Positions 10,936-24,800 of a stretch of 64,000 bases of DNA are shown one piece after another; position 1 is the first letter of the stretch; each line of letters starts with the position of its first letter. The notes under the pieces are model-generated. The model was not told where the DNA came from. It did not search any database and saw only the letters and a list, made by a program, of their open reading frames with translations. Source of the DNA: Eledone cirrhosa (Eukaryota); the NCBI GenBank assembly GCA_964016885.1, contig OZ024741.1, positions 413,478,001 through 413,542,000 of the forward strand, in the 5' to 3' direction. Both the position numbers and the translations under genes were made by a program.

Positions 10936-13153
10936 ATTAGTTAAGGATTGGTTAAGGAGTTGGTTAACGATTGATTAAGGATGGGTTAAGGAGTTAGTTA
11001 AGGATTGGTTAAGGATTTGGTTAAGGATTGGTTAAGGAATTGGTTAAGGATTGGTTAAGGAATTGGTTAATGATTGGTTAAGGAGTTGGTTAAAGATTGA
11101 TTAAGGATTGGTTAAGGAGTTGGTTAAAGATTGATTAAGGATGGGTTAAGGAGTTGGTTAAGGATTGGTTAAAGATTTGGTTAAGGAATTGGTTAAGGAT
11201 TGGTTAAGGAATTGGTTAAGGATTGGTTAAGGAATTGGTTAAGGATTGGTTAAGGAGTTGGTTAAAGATTAATTAAGGATGGGTTAAGGAGTTGGTTAAG
11301 TATTGGTTAAGGATTTGGTTAAGGATTGGTTAAGGAATTGGTTAAGGATTGGTTAAGGAATTGGTTAATGATTGGTTAAGGAGTTGGTTAAAGATTGATT
11401 AAGGATGGGTTAAGGATTGGTTAAGGATGGGTTAAGGAGTTGGTTAAGGATTGGTTAAGGATTGGTTAATGATTGGTTAAGGAGTTGGTTAAAGATTGAT
11501 TAAGGATGGGTTAAGGATTGGTTAAGGATGGGTTAAGGAGTTGGTTAAGGATTGGTTAAGGATTGGTTAAGGAGTTGGTTAAAGATTGATTAAGGAGTTG
11601 GTTAAGGATTGGTTAAGGATTTGGTTAAGGATTGGTTAAGGATTGGTTAAGGAATTGGTTAATGATTGGTTAAGGAGTTGGTTAAATATTGATTAAGGAT
11701 GGGTTAAGGATTGGTTAAGGAGTTGGTTAAAGATTGATTAAGGATGGGTTAAGGAGTTGGTTAAGGATTGGTTAAGGAATTGGTTAAGGATTAGTTAAGG
11801 AATTGGTTAAGGAATTGGTTAAGGATTGGTTAAGGAATTGGTTAAGGATTAGTTAAGGAATTGGTTAAGGAGTGGTTAAGGATTGGTTAAAGATTGGTTA
11901 AGGAATTGGTTAAGGAATTGGTTAAGGAGTTGATTAAGGATTGATTAATGATTGGTTAAGGAATTGGTTAAGTAATTGGTTAAGGATTGGTTAAGGAATT
12001 GGTTAATGGTTGGTTAAGGAATTGGTTAAGGATTGGTTAAGGAATAGGTTAAGGAATTGGTTAAGGAATTGGTTAAGGATTTGGTTAAGGAATTGGTTAA
12101 GGATTGTTTAAGGAGTGGTTAAGGGATTGGTTAAGGATTGGTTAAGGAATTGGTTAAGGATTGGTTAAGGAATTGGTTAAGGAATTGGTTAAGGATTGGT
12201 TAAGGAATTGGTTAAGGAATTGGTTAGGAATTGGTTAAGGATTGGTTAAGGAATTGGTTAAGAATTGGTTAAGGGTTGGTGAAGGAATTGGTTAAGTATT
12301 GGTTAAGGATTAGTTAAGGAATTGGTTAAGGAGTGGTTAAGGAATTGGTTAAGGATTGGTTAAGAATTGGTTAAGGAATTTGTTAAGGATTGGTTAAGGA
12401 ATTCGTTAAGGAGTGGTTAAGGAATTGGTTAAGGAATTGGTTAAGGATTGGTTAAGGATTTATTAAGGATTGGTTAAGGAATTGGTTAAGGATTGGTTAA
12501 GGATTGGTGAAGGAATTGGTGAAGGATTGGTTAAGGAGTGGTTAAGGAATTGGTTAAGGAATTGGTTAAGGATTGGTTAAGGATTGGTTAAGGGTTGGTT
12601 AAGGAATTGGTTAAGGAGTGGTTAAGGAATTGGTTAAGGATTGGTTAAGGAATTGGTTAAGGAGTGGTTAAGGAATTGGCTAAGGATTGGTTAAGGAATT
12701 GGTTAAGGATTTATTAAGGATTGGTTAAGGAATTGGTAAAGGAATTGGGTAAGGATTGGTTAAGGAATTGGTTAAGGAATTGGTTAAGGATTGGTTAAGG
12801 AATTGGTTAAGGAGTGGTTAAGGAATTGGTTAAGGATTGGTTAAGGATTGGTTAAGGAATTGGTTAAGGATTGGTGAAGGAATTGGTTAAGGAATTGGTT
12901 AAGGATTGGTTAAGGAATTAGTTAAGGATTGGTTAAAGATTGGTTAAGGAATTGGTTAAGGATTGGTTAAGGAATTGGTTAAGGATTGGTGAAGGAATTG
13001 GTTAAGGAATTGGTTAAGGACTGGTTAAGGAATCAGTTAAGGAATCGGTTAAGGATTGGTTAAGGAATAGGTTAAGGATTGGTTAAGGAATTGGTTAAGG
13101 AATTGGTTAAGGATTGATTAAGGAATTGGTTAAGGATTGGTTAAGGATTGGTG
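10936..13153. repeat. 2.2-kb 11/12-bp satellite (GGTTAAGGATT / GGTTAAGGAATT)
   Basis: Direct inspection. Confidence 0.97.
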
Positions 13154-13290
13154 AAATAATCCCCATGTGTTTATAACTTACCCCAATATTTGCCTGATGA
13201 CATTCCATAGACAAAGGTTTCTGAACATCTTGAAGATACTCCTCCACCTCACAGTAATGTTTGACCATAAACACTTTATACCAACAACAG

Positions 13291-13440
13291 TTCTTCTTCT
13301 TCTTCTTCTTCTTCTTCTTCTTCTTCTTCTTCTTCTTCTTCTTCTTCTCCTCCTCCTCCTCCTCCTCCTCCTCCTCCTCCTCCTCCTCCTCCTCCTCCTC
13401 TTTCTTCTTCTTCTTCTTCTTCTTCTTCTTCTTCTTCTTT
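13291..13440. repeat. (CTT)n(CCT)n(CTT)n homopyrimidine microsatellite
   Basis: Direct inspection. Confidence 0.95.
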
Positions 13441-13699
13441 ACATAGACAGTCGACACTGTAAAGTGGTTGTTTTGATGTTATGACAAAAAGCACCCTGTA
13501 CACTCTGTAGATATGGTTGGATGTTAAACAGTGATGATGATGATGATGGTAGTAGTCACCCAAATGAAACAACCCAAGCTGAACCTTGCAAAGAAATACC
13601 AGTTATCTACTTGGAATATAAAATATACTGACTACCCACAAATATTGACAGTGGTCATTCAATAAAATCTTTGAATGTTTTAAGTATTTTAAACACCCA

Positions 13700-13970
13700 T
13701 TGTGGCCTAGTGGTAAGGATGTTTGTCTAACAATCAGTTATGGATTTGATCCCAGGGCTGGGTTGCATGTTGTGTTCTTGAGAAAAACATTTCATTTCAC
13801 GCTGCTCCAGTATACTCAGCTGAAAATGAGTACCAGTAATAGCTGGGGGTTTAACCCTGCGATGGACTGGCACCTTGTTCAGTGGGGGAATCTTGTACTC
13901 TCATTCGCTTTACGTTATGAGACCAGGATAAGTACTGGCCTAACGAGCCCCCTGGTTTAAGACATACTTT
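13700..13970 (+). mobile_element. Old tRNA-derived SINE
   Basis: gtggcctagtggtaagg head, gctccagtatactcagctg core, gcgatggactggca tail; related copy at 48850-49130 (minus). Confidence 0.75.
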
Positions 13971-14182
13971 AGATTTAGATCTATATACAATATCATCGTC
14001 TTCATCATCATCATTGTTTTACGTCCATTTTACATGCTAGCATGGGTTAGACAAGTTGTCCAGTTGTGAGACAAGCCAGGTCAGATGACCATATCTTGCT
14101 CATACAGAACTGATTTTGGCTTGGTTTCTACAGTGGACTGTATTTTTTGTCATATCACCTACATGATCACATATATATATAT

Positions 14183-15121
14183 ATCATCATCGTTTAATAT
14201 CTATCTTCCACGCTAGCATGGGTTAGACGGGAGTTGTCCCAATTTGAGGCAAGGTTGGTCGGGTGACCGTGTCTCACTCGTATATGACTATCTGGCAGGT
14301 TTTCTATGGCTGGATGCCCTTCCTAACACCAACCACATTTACAGTTTTACTGGGAACTTTTTTCCGTGTTACCTACACGTGGACTGTGTGTTTTTTGTTG
14401 TGACACCTACACAACCTCATTAGTTTGAACTGGATGGTGTGGTACCAACATAACTTTACAGAGAAAGGGTGGTGTTGGTGGGAGTGGGAGTATGGAGTAG
14501 GAGGAGTGGGATGAGGTGTATATTTGGTTAAGAGGTGCCTACTGACTGTAGGTTTTGCTTTGTACGTAGGCAAGGCGGGTCTTCTGTATTTATGCGTAGC
14601 ACCAAAGATCTCGGTCCAGTGACATTGTCTTACAGAGGTGCAAGTGTGCAAGTGTGTAAGAATTTATTAAATCGTCCAAGGTTTTTCTGGGTCTACCTAC
14701 TCCATAACTTGTTGTCTTTCATGCGCATCATGTGACCATACCAACATAGTCTTCTCTGAAGTAAACAGCATCTGATCCCTCTTATTCCTAATTTCTCACT
14801 TAGTTCATTTATGCTTTGCCGTTATTACTATTACACATCCAATGGAGCATGCATGCTTCGTTCCTTTCCAGTCTGTGCAGGTCCTCTGCACACAATGCCC
14901 AAGTCTCACTGCCATGTAGCATTGCTGTTCGTATACAGGATTCATACAATCTGCCTTTCATTTTTAGAGAGAAACCTTTTGTGGCCAACAGCGGTATAAG
15001 CTCTCTGAACTTTTTCCCTCCCATTCTGACTCTGGCTACTGTACTTTCTGAGCACCCTCCACCACTGCTGATTTTGTCACCCAGGTAACGGAAGGTGTCC
15101 ACTATTTCTATAGAACCATCT
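14183..15121 (-). mobile_element. RTE LINE subfamily b 3' fragment
   Basis: TFRYLGDKISSGGGC...MLHGSETW; matches 34390-35370. Confidence 0.9.
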
Positions 15122-16294
15122 GTTTATATATGTATATATATATATATATATATATACATACATACGATACATACATATGCACATATATGTACATGCATAC
15201 ATGATGATGGCTGCAACATGATTTCAAGTAATGCCATCACTTGTTACGTAAGCATGAGCATCACGGATGTGGCTTTTTAGTCCTGCTGGGGACTTGCCTA
15301 TGGCCAGCAATACCATCCATCACAAAAAATGTCACATATCAAGCGATGCCTGTTTTAGAAGCTTTTTTTAAGTGAGGAAAGGCTTTGCACGAGGCCAATC
15401 CTTCTCTCTGAACATCGAATGCATTTATCGAAAAAGAAGAACTGGTCTACATCATTGGATGCAAATGAAGTCGCAGAGTTTATATCAGAGTAACCTTCTC
15501 CTAGAGAGATGTCTTAAGGAAGACTAGGAGTCCCACGCTTCAATAAAAAAAAGTCTTTATTTGATGGCCGTTGACTCTCCTGAGTTCCTCCGCCCTTTGA
15601 TGGGTTTCATTTTTCATCCCGCAGGGTGTCCAAAATCACCCTCCTCATGAATCAAGCTTGGTGGAGTTGCCTGTTTAGTTGCCGATGACCCGACCAATTA
15701 GATGTTGTACTGGGTTACATATTACCAGTAGTGCTGAAGAGCAACCTTCCATACATACATATGTACATACATACATACATACATATACACACATATATAT
15801 ATATTATTTTCAGCATGAGGCTTATACGTAGTAGGCAATATCTTCTTCAACCTTCTATCCCCTTTCATTCACCTCCTTTTGCGGTAACCATACCTCCGCT
15901 ACTATCCAGTCCACATTTTTTTCCCATGTTCCTGCACCCTCCCTAGTCCCAAGCCAAAAGTGCCCCACTGTAAAGTGATTGTGTCAGTGACACAACAAAG
16001 GTGCCCAGTCCACACTGTCAAGAACATCCACCCCGCACTGTAAAGTGATTGTGTAGGTGTTACGACAATAAGCACCCAGCCAACACTGTCAATGTGGTTG
16101 GTGTTAGGAGGGCATCCAGCCATAGAAAACCAGCCAGAAACTCTTGTATAGGAGTGAGACACGGTCACCCAACCCAACTTACCTCTAAGTGGGACAAACC
16201 TGTCTAACCCATGCTAGCGTGGAAGATAGGTGTTAATCGATGATGATGATATATATATATACAAATACACACACACACACATATATATATATAT

Positions 16295-19200
16295 AACGGA
16301 GGAGTACTCAATACTTAGGGTAGTAGAGAGGGTAATAGGAGAAAGTATGACCCCAACAGCAAAGCTCAAGCCGTTTCGACGGCTATTTCTGGACTAAAGT
16401 AAGAGTTTTTTTAGTCTGGTAAATAAATAGCCAAACTTTTTAAGGGTACTTCCTTATTTGGAAATATTGTAGTTGTCACGCGGATTGGTCAAAATTTGTA
16501 GCGGACACAGAAAAGTCTATCATGGCAGTGGGTGCGGGGTGGGGATGGCTGAACTTGCCTGTAGAACAATAGGGGAGTGGGTAGAGCCGGTCAAGCGTAG
16601 AAGGTGAAATCTACACGGCAAATTCAAAGGAATGTGTATGAAAAGGCCAGAGGAGGTATTTCGTTAACCCGGACAGATACCACACATTAATCAGGCGCAG
16701 CCTAAACTCCACCTATAAAAAGGCTAACCATTCAATTATCGAGGACATAAATCTAGAGGGACAACAAATTACCTCTAGCCTCGGGATCGCAGACCGCACT
16801 GAACCCCTCGACCCACGGACTCCCTACTTCACACTGAAGGACCACAAATCCGACTTCGACCGCAAACCATCCATCAGGCTTATAAACTCGACGAAGTTGG
16901 ACATAGGGAGAATCAGTAAAAAAAATCCTAGACCACGTTATACCAAAAGTTAAGCAAAACTCGAGACTTAGCCTATGGGTCAGCACCCAGGAAGTAATCT
17001 CATGGTTCAGGAATATTGAGGACAAACGAGACACAAAATTAATCCAGTTTGACATAGAGAGTTACTATGCATCTATTACTTTACCGCTCCTTAGGGCCGC
17101 CTTGGACTTTGCCGAAACACTCGCGCCCATCACCGACCAGGAAAGAAATATCATTCTCCACGCCAAGAAGACAGTCCTACTTTTCGACAACTCCAAGTGG
17201 ATAAAGAGAGCTCCCGACTCCCCCTTCGACGTCAGTATGGGCACGACTGATTTGGCCAAGGTCACAGATCTTATAGGATTATTCCTACTATTTAAACTCA
17301 CCGAAATGTTTCCCGCATTTGGCGGTGGATTGTACCAAGACGATGGGCTCCTTACCCTGAAAGGGTACAACCCCAGTAGTACAGTCCGGGTCCGTAAACA
17401 ACTTATCAACTTTTTCCAGGACTGGGGATTTAAAATCACCCTACAAACGTCCATAACCCGAGTAAATTTTCTGGACGTTACCCTCAACCTCGAAAATGAC
17501 TTGTACTACCCATACAGGAAGCCAAACGACAATCTGCACTACATCCACCACCGCTCTAACCATCCTAGAAACATCACCAATAATCTGGTTAAAAACATCT
17601 CCCTCCGCATATCTTGTTTGTCCGCTAATGAGCAGATATTCGACAAACATGCGCCTCATTACAACCAGGCCCTCAAGCTTCCGGGAGGAATTATCCTTTT
17701 ATCCAGCTTCCCTTAGCGGAACCAGCAAGCGCCGCCGTCGCTCACGCCACGTAACGTGGTTCAATCCACCCCACAATTCCAAGGTGGCAGCACCTATCGG
17801 GAAAATCTTCTTCAGGCTCCTCGAAAAACACTTTCCACCACAACACCGCTACCACAACATAATCAACAAAAACACTCTCAAGCTAGCTATCCTACAGCGC
17901 CACACCTAACTTTGCACAAAACATCGTCTCCTCAAACAACAAAAAACTCAACCCCTATGGAAAAAACTACCTAGAAATTAGGGGAGAGCCGACCAGGAGG
18001 TGTAACTGCCCTGATGTATCTACGTGCCCCCTCAACAACAGATGCCGAGAACATAACGTAATCTACCAGTGCAACATGGGATGGACACCTCCAACAAAGC
18101 TTATATAGGATTAACCACTTGTGACTTTAAGACCCGGCTTTACCAACACCGACATACGTTCCGGAACCCCATCCGGCGACATCCCACCACACTTTCGGGC
18201 CATATCTGGGACCTCAAAGATAATAATATAACTTACCATCTTACTTGGAGCTTACTGTCCAGAGCTAACTCTTACATGGGAGGACGCCATCTTTGTAACT
18301 TATGCTCGGAGGAAACATTACAAATGCTGTTTATGAAGGATCAACTCCTAAACAAAAAAGACGAACTGGTAACTGCATGCAAACACAGATTGCGGAAGAC
18401 TTACCTCGCCCTCAAACCCCCTAACAATCCGGGTGGGTAGACTAGGGCTGAAACACCCCACTTTCCGAATAAGATAGGGTAAACCCCTACTGATATAGGT
18501 AGATGTAACTCTTTTCTTTTCCTCCATGTTTTCTTCTTCCCTTTGTCTCCGTCTATCACTTCTTTCCACCACCGAACTTCTTCCTCATTCGTTTCTTTGT
18601 TTTTTTTTGTTTTTTCCCCCTTTCGCCTACCTCGAGGCTGCCCATCGGGCCTCTTTAGCCTCAGTACCTCACCCCAGTAACTTACAGATAGCTTTCGCTG
18701 ATTACGCTATACTAACTATTCATAGCAGCAGTGTTAGACCGCAGATATGCAGTATTAATTTTTGATACTAAATTTTTCAATTATTCTCATCTAGCAACTC
18801 ATTCTGTGGCTTTGGCCGAAATATAGCAGCTGTTAGACTCCATTTTTCACTTCTCACTTTCCAATCTTACTTTCTGTTACATATTTCTCTCATTTTTTTT
18901 AAAAATTATATTCTTGTTTATTATATTTTTTCTTTGTCCCCTAATCGCATTTGATTTACTATCTCTGTAACGTCCCTCCTCCACTTTCTAAAGAAACCAT
19001 TTTTCGCCCACCTCCTCTAGCCTTTTCATACACATTCCTTTGAATTTGCCGTGTAGATTTCACCTTCTACGCTTGACCGGCTCTACCCACTCCCCTATCG
19101 TTCTACAGGTAAGTTCAGCCATCCCCACCCCGCACCCACTGTCATGATAGACTTTTCTGTGTCCTCTACAAATTTTGACCAATCCCCTTGACAACTACAA

Positions 19201-19330
19201 TATTTCCATATAAGGAAGTACCCTTGAAAAGTTTGGCTATTTATTTACCAGACTAAAAAGACTCTTACTTTAGTCCAGAAATAGCCATCGAAACGGCTTG
19301 AGCTCTGCCGTCGGGGTTATGCTTTCTCAT
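16295..19330 (+). mobile_element. Penelope-like element family A (RT plus C-terminal GIY-YIG), 5'-truncated, with inverted pseudo-LTR
   Basis: RT motifs IQFDIESYYASI, LYQDDGL, NFLDVTL; WFNPP; CNCPDVSTCPLNNRC; VIYQC..AYIGLT..CNLC..LLNKKDE; ~320-bp inverted repeats 16339-16657 / 19010-19328; (TA)n on both sides; frameshifted. Confidence 0.92.
19221..19315 (+). ncRNA. Type I hammerhead motif in PLE-A pseudo-LTR, U3-A8 core, long stem II
   Basis: ccc TTGAAAA g..ggctattt..gactaaa..tttagtc..aaatagcc.c GAAA cggc-ttgagctct-gccg TC ggg; degenerate copies at 16352-16446 (minus) and 28268-28360 (minus). Confidence 0.7.
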
Positions 19331-20682
19331 ATATATATATATATATATAGTAACTGTGATGCTCTAACTTATTTTTACCATTAACACATAAGTGTGATAT
19401 TTTCTTTGCCTTCACCTTCGATGATATGTTTTCTTTCTGTTTCTTTCTTCTTTCATTTCTCTCTGTAAAAATCTCCAAGCCCCCCCCCCCCCACTCTCTC
19501 TCTCTATATATATAAATATATTCCTCTCTGCAGTTTACCATCGCTGCTAGCAAGAAACATCAGCTATGTAGAAAGCCATAGATTTAGTGTCAAGATTCTT
19601 ATAATTACGTTCTCAGTTTCATAAAAAATAGATCACTCCAAGACGATCACTTTCATCCTCACATTTTCGAAAACATTCATTTGATTGGAGCATGTCTCAT
19701 GGCTTCTTATGGCTTGCCCTATCCTGCACAACTTAATAGCAACCACAACTCAAAAAATAAGTCTTCACTGAATCTTAAATTGGACTGAATAATGAATAGT
19801 GTCATGATGATGATGATCATCATCATCAACATCATCCTCGTTTAACGACAGCTTTTCCATGCTACATTGATTGGACAGCTCATTAAATCATTACTTAATC
19901 AGAGATACTGCTCTCCTAGGCATGGCAGGAGCCCACCTCTCATGTTCTGGTTTTGGGCATAGTTTCTACTGCTGGATACCCTTCACAACAGCAACCACTT
20001 TACAGAGTGTACTGAGTGTCTTTCCTATCACCAACAACTTTACAGGATGTACTGGGTGTCCTTCCTACCACCAACCACTTTACAGAGTGTACTGGATGCA
20101 TTGGATATTGTAATATTTTGACAAGATGGTTTGCAAAAGCTGATGGTTACCTCCTCTGAAATATTGTCACTGCTACTGTTAAGAAACTCTTATTATTTCT
20201 GCCATTCACCTATCAAAAGACTTTGTAGTATTTACTGGAAAAAAAGACATCATCAGATTACATTTGTTGAGAACCATATTTCTTTGTGTTTAATTCAACA
20301 TGACCCCTTTTTCTGATGTAGAAAAAAAGTTATTTTAAAATTGATATTCTTGTGTATAAGACCACCCCAACTCCGACCCCAAAACTGACCTCAATCCCAA
20401 CTCTGGAATAATGCAATTGTCATCATCATCATCATCATCATCATCATCGTCATCATTTAACGTCTACCTTCCACGCTAGCTTAGTTTGGATGGGAATTGT
20501 CCCACTTGAGGCAAAATTGATCGGGTGACCATGTCTCGCTCATTTATGTAAACCTTCATCTCAAGTTATGACAGGTTAACCATCAAAATATCAACCTCAC
20601 ATAAAATATAAAATATATGTCAGAAAATATATAACAACACAATATTGCTGATATATCAAGTTACTGTAGTATAAATATTTAT

Positions 20683-21215
20683 CATTACTGTATTGTAAAG
20701 TTATTGCTATGTTATAAACAGTTATTACTGTATTGTAAACAGTTATTACTGTATTGTAAACAGTTATTGCTATATTGTAAACAGTTATTACTATATTATA
20801 AACAGTTATTACTGTATTATAAACAGTTATTATTATATTGTAAACAGTTATTACTGTATTATAAACAGTTATTACTATATTGAAAACAGTTATTACTATA
20901 TTATAAACAGTTATTACTGTATTGTAAACAGTTATTACTATATTATAAACAATTATTACTGTATTATAAACAGTTATTACTGTATTATAAACAGTTATTA
21001 CTGTATTATAAACAGTTATTACTGTATTGTAAACAGTTATTACTATATTGTAAACAGTTATTATTATATTATAAACAGTTATTACTGTATTATAAACAGT
21101 TATTACTGTATTGTAAACAGTTATTACTATATTATAAACAGTTATTACTGTATTATAAACAATTATTACTGTATTGTAAACAGTTATTGCTGTATTATAA
21201 ACAGTTATCATTGCT
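20683..21215. repeat. 21-bp minisatellite (aaacagttattactgtattgt)
   Basis: About 25 tandem units. Confidence 0.95.
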
Positions 21216-21352
21216 ATATTATACAAATTTTTTGCTGTTTATCTTAGTTCAATGTTTTTTTAATTATAAACGAGAAAATTCGGTATACACACGCTTACAC
21301 ACTCACACACTTCACACACACTCACACACACACAGACATACACACACACACC

Positions 21353-21419
<67 letters not shown>

Positions 21420-22505
21420 ACACAGATAAAAAAGAAAGAAAAATAAGAAAAATAGTAAGAAAGAAAGAATAACATTTAAATGAAACAAAAAAAAAGGAAA
21501 GGGAAAGAAGAAAAAGAAAAAAGAGAAAGAAGTAATGAAAGAAATGATGAGAAGGGGGTAGGGAGAGAGACCCTAAACTGAGTGGAGATTCCTGCAGATA
21601 GAATGGTGAAGACATTACCACAGAGAATGGCCAGTGAGAGACTCGAGACCAACTGCAATGGTCACTCAACCTCTCAGGAATCTCTCTAACTTTATGAATA
21701 TCATATCCAATAATTTTGGAAGGGGACAATAAATTAAATCAACCCCAGTACATGACTGGTACTTTATTTTATGGACCTTGGAAGGAGGAAAGACAAAATC
21801 AATCTTGGCAAGATTTGAACTCAGAATATAGAGAACCAGAAGAAATTCTTCTAAACATTTGTCTGATGCTCTACCAATTCTGCTAATCCATTGCCATTTT
21901 TTAACTAAATAATAACACTAATTCTGTTATTCCATTATTCTGTTATCCTGTTGCTCTGTTAGTCTGCTATTCCAATCATCTACCAGAATAGAATTAAAAA
22001 AGAGAGATAGACAGGCACACAGAGCTTGACTACTGACAAAGAAAATATCTGAGAAGAAGAACATGATGAACTAAATAACATTGATTCTGTAGTTCTCCTA
22101 TTCCAGCTATTCCATCTACCAGAATAGAAAGAAGCAATAATCCTCTTTAGTTTTGCCACCATCTTCACCGTCTTCAACCAACCAGTCATATCTTCTTCAC
22201 CAGAAATGGACCTACACATATACTGCTCCTGACTCTAAGTTTTCCAAACATCTCATGTATTAAATAGATGAAATAACTTGTGCAAGATATAAAGATTATC
22301 AATTATCTCACTTTCGGAAATGTACTTGAGAAATAATCCTTAATTTTGGCACTCACCCACTACACAGTTCAAGACACCTCACACTTTGGAAATGGCCTAA
22401 TCAGAATGCGAGAGCTCCACTCATACACACAGCCTTACCTAGTGAACAATGCCAAGTGAAAAAGAATTTAAGGCTCACATTTTGTTCTCACCTTGCATCT
22501 GCCTC

Positions 22506-22910
22506 TTAACCCTTTCATTACCATATTTCTATTAAAAAACACTGTTCTTTGATTTTCAAATAATTTCTTAAATCATCAAACAATTTGAAGAGATTTCGTA
22601 ATATAACTAACTTTTTCACAATTTATTAAACTGGTATTTGGAACATAACTTAACAAAGGTTCTTATACAAAATTATGATGAAAGAATTTTAGATAAATAT
22701 AAACATTTTAATCTTTTTGTTTCTGTATTTCTAATGAAAGACTCTGCCTTTGATTTCCAAGTAATTCTGAAAATTATCAAGAATTTGAAGAATTTAGTAA
22801 TATAACAAGCTTTTTTTCTTGTTAGGCTGATGTTTGGATCATAACTTAACAAAGGTTCTTACACAAAATTATGATGGAAGATTTTTAGATAAATATGAAC
22901 ATTTTAAAAC
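22506..22910. repeat. Tandem pair of an interspersed repeat starting ttaaccctttcattacc
   Basis: Two ~200-bp diverged copies; related pieces at 197-240, 63057-63100, 63340-63465. Confidence 0.65.
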
Positions 22911-23108
22911 AAACAATTTTTTTTTAAATCCAAGAACCAGATGTGGTTTTGGGTGGTTTTATACCAAAAGTTTCAAACCACAATAGAAGAGAGAAAAGTG
23001 AGACAGAGCAAAAAATGAACATAGAGAAGACAGAGACTGATGAAGATAGAAAGAGGAAATTGGTGGTGAAATTTGTTGATTCTCTATGTCTGTTTCTTTT
23101 TTTTACAG

Positions 23109-23432
23109 ATGAACCAGTGAGTTTATATGACACATCAAGTGTCGTCACAAATGAGATGGAGAGTTTGACATCGGGCAATAAAGATGGTGGCACAAACAAG
23201 TCAAAAAACCAAGCTCAGAAGCAGTACAGCAATGGAAAGTTGTCTGCAAAGGGTTACACATTGGATCAAGTATTAGACTCTATAAGAGAACTTGTACATG
23301 AACTTGAAAAACTTGAGGACTATCACCATGGTGAAGCCATGAAACTACAGAAGAAAATTGGCGATGCTTACTGGGATTATTATAATTGGCGCAAGGAAAT
23401 TGGTGATCTACTGAGTACAGAAGGTTACGCAA
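23109..23432 (+). CDS. Candidate internal protein-coding exon (108 codons, phase 1-1), unknown product
   Basis: Strong acceptor tctgtttcttttttttacag, donor caa/gtaagt, open frame DEPVSLYD...KKIGDAYWDYYNWRKEIGDLLSTEGYA, non-repetitive composition, 324 nt. Confidence 0.7.
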
Positions 23433-23615
23433 GTAAGTATTGTCCTCTTATAATTATTGTTTCAGATTGTTAAAGATTTATAACTAATACCTGTTAATAA
23501 TTGTTTTGGCTCTTGGGATTCTGAGTTTAGATCCTACCAAGGTTAATTTTGTAAAACTCTTGGCCCTTGAGCTACTTATGTAAATAATATATATATACAC
23601 ATATGATGATGATGT

Positions 23616-23666
<51 letters not shown>

Positions 23667-23779
23667 ATATATATCTATATATGTATATATATGTCAGGAC
23701 TTTGAAGAAAAAATAAGTATATTTTTGTCTATTATTTCCTCTTATTTTGTAATTTGATATATGTATATATATGTATCAA

Positions 23780-24800
23780 GCCCTTAGACAGCATTTGATG
23801 CGGTCATCACCACAGAACCCAAACTAACCAGTCCCTCCTCCCAGACCTTACCAACAACCAAGGGGATAACTGCAGACACCTCTGTACTGCAACAACTGTC
23901 AGTTGGACCACTGCACCCAATGCATGTCTGACCCCAGCACAGTCCACTACTACAACGCCACACAAAGGCCACCCACCACAGACAGAAGATCCCGCAGTAG
24001 ACGTATGATCTGGTTCAACGTGCCTTATTCTACACATGTCTGTACGAACATTCCTGGAATATTCTTCAGAGTCCTTGACCAGTGCTTCCCCTAACACATA
24101 GATACCATCAGATCTTTAATAGGTACACGGTCAAGTTCTCTTTCTCAACAACACCAAACCTTGAAAGCTTGATAATGGCCATCAACTGAAAAAAGATTGG
24201 GAAACTCACCTCCCACGGTAGCCCTGACTCTGCACCTCACCACCAACTCTGGGGTGCAAGTGAATATAACAGTTCCAACCATCGGACAAACAACGACCAA
24301 CCAAACCATGCCACAGACTTTACACAAACTCACACCACAGAGAAGCCAGACACCCGTGCCCCCATGAATCTGAAGAGCAACTGCAGATCCCGTATGGAGT
24401 GTCCACTTTGAAACAATTGCTTGGTCTCCGCTATTGTATACAGATACACCATTCATGTTGACAACAGTAGAAAATATGGCTACATAGGGGCAACCAGCGG
24501 AGATTTTAACTCTCTGTTTCTATCACCACGCATGCTCCTTCAGACATCGGCATAACAGATTGCAAACCAGTCTGTCTGAGCAGGTATGGCAGCTTAAGGA
24601 CGGTAACATCACCTTTAGAACGGAATGGGATGTCATAAGACGAGCACCCCCGTTCCATTTCGGAGGACAACACTGACGGTCATGCCTTGCAGAAGCAGTG
24701 GAAATAATAAAACTGAAAAAATACAAGGCCTAAAAGCGTGATGAATTGTTTGCACCAATGCGCCCACCTGTTCCACAGGTACGTCGATGAACAGAACCTA
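23780..24800 (+). mobile_element. Degenerate Penelope-like element (linker plus GIY-YIG EN)
   Basis: RRMIWFNVPYS, FSFSTTPNL, NCRSRMECPL*NNC, YIGAT, TSLSEQVWQLKD; multiple stops. Confidence 0.85.

Noticed and set aside
21980-22219. 79-aa minus-strand ORF in unique-looking sequence
   Set aside because: No recognisable motif or convincing splice signals
24674-24690. TGA at a conserved Cys of the PLE endonuclease CxxC (possible selenocysteine, as in some Naiad PLEs)
   Set aside because: The copy has several other stops and frameshifts, the other PLEs have Cys here, and no SECIS was identified; only a family consensus could revive this
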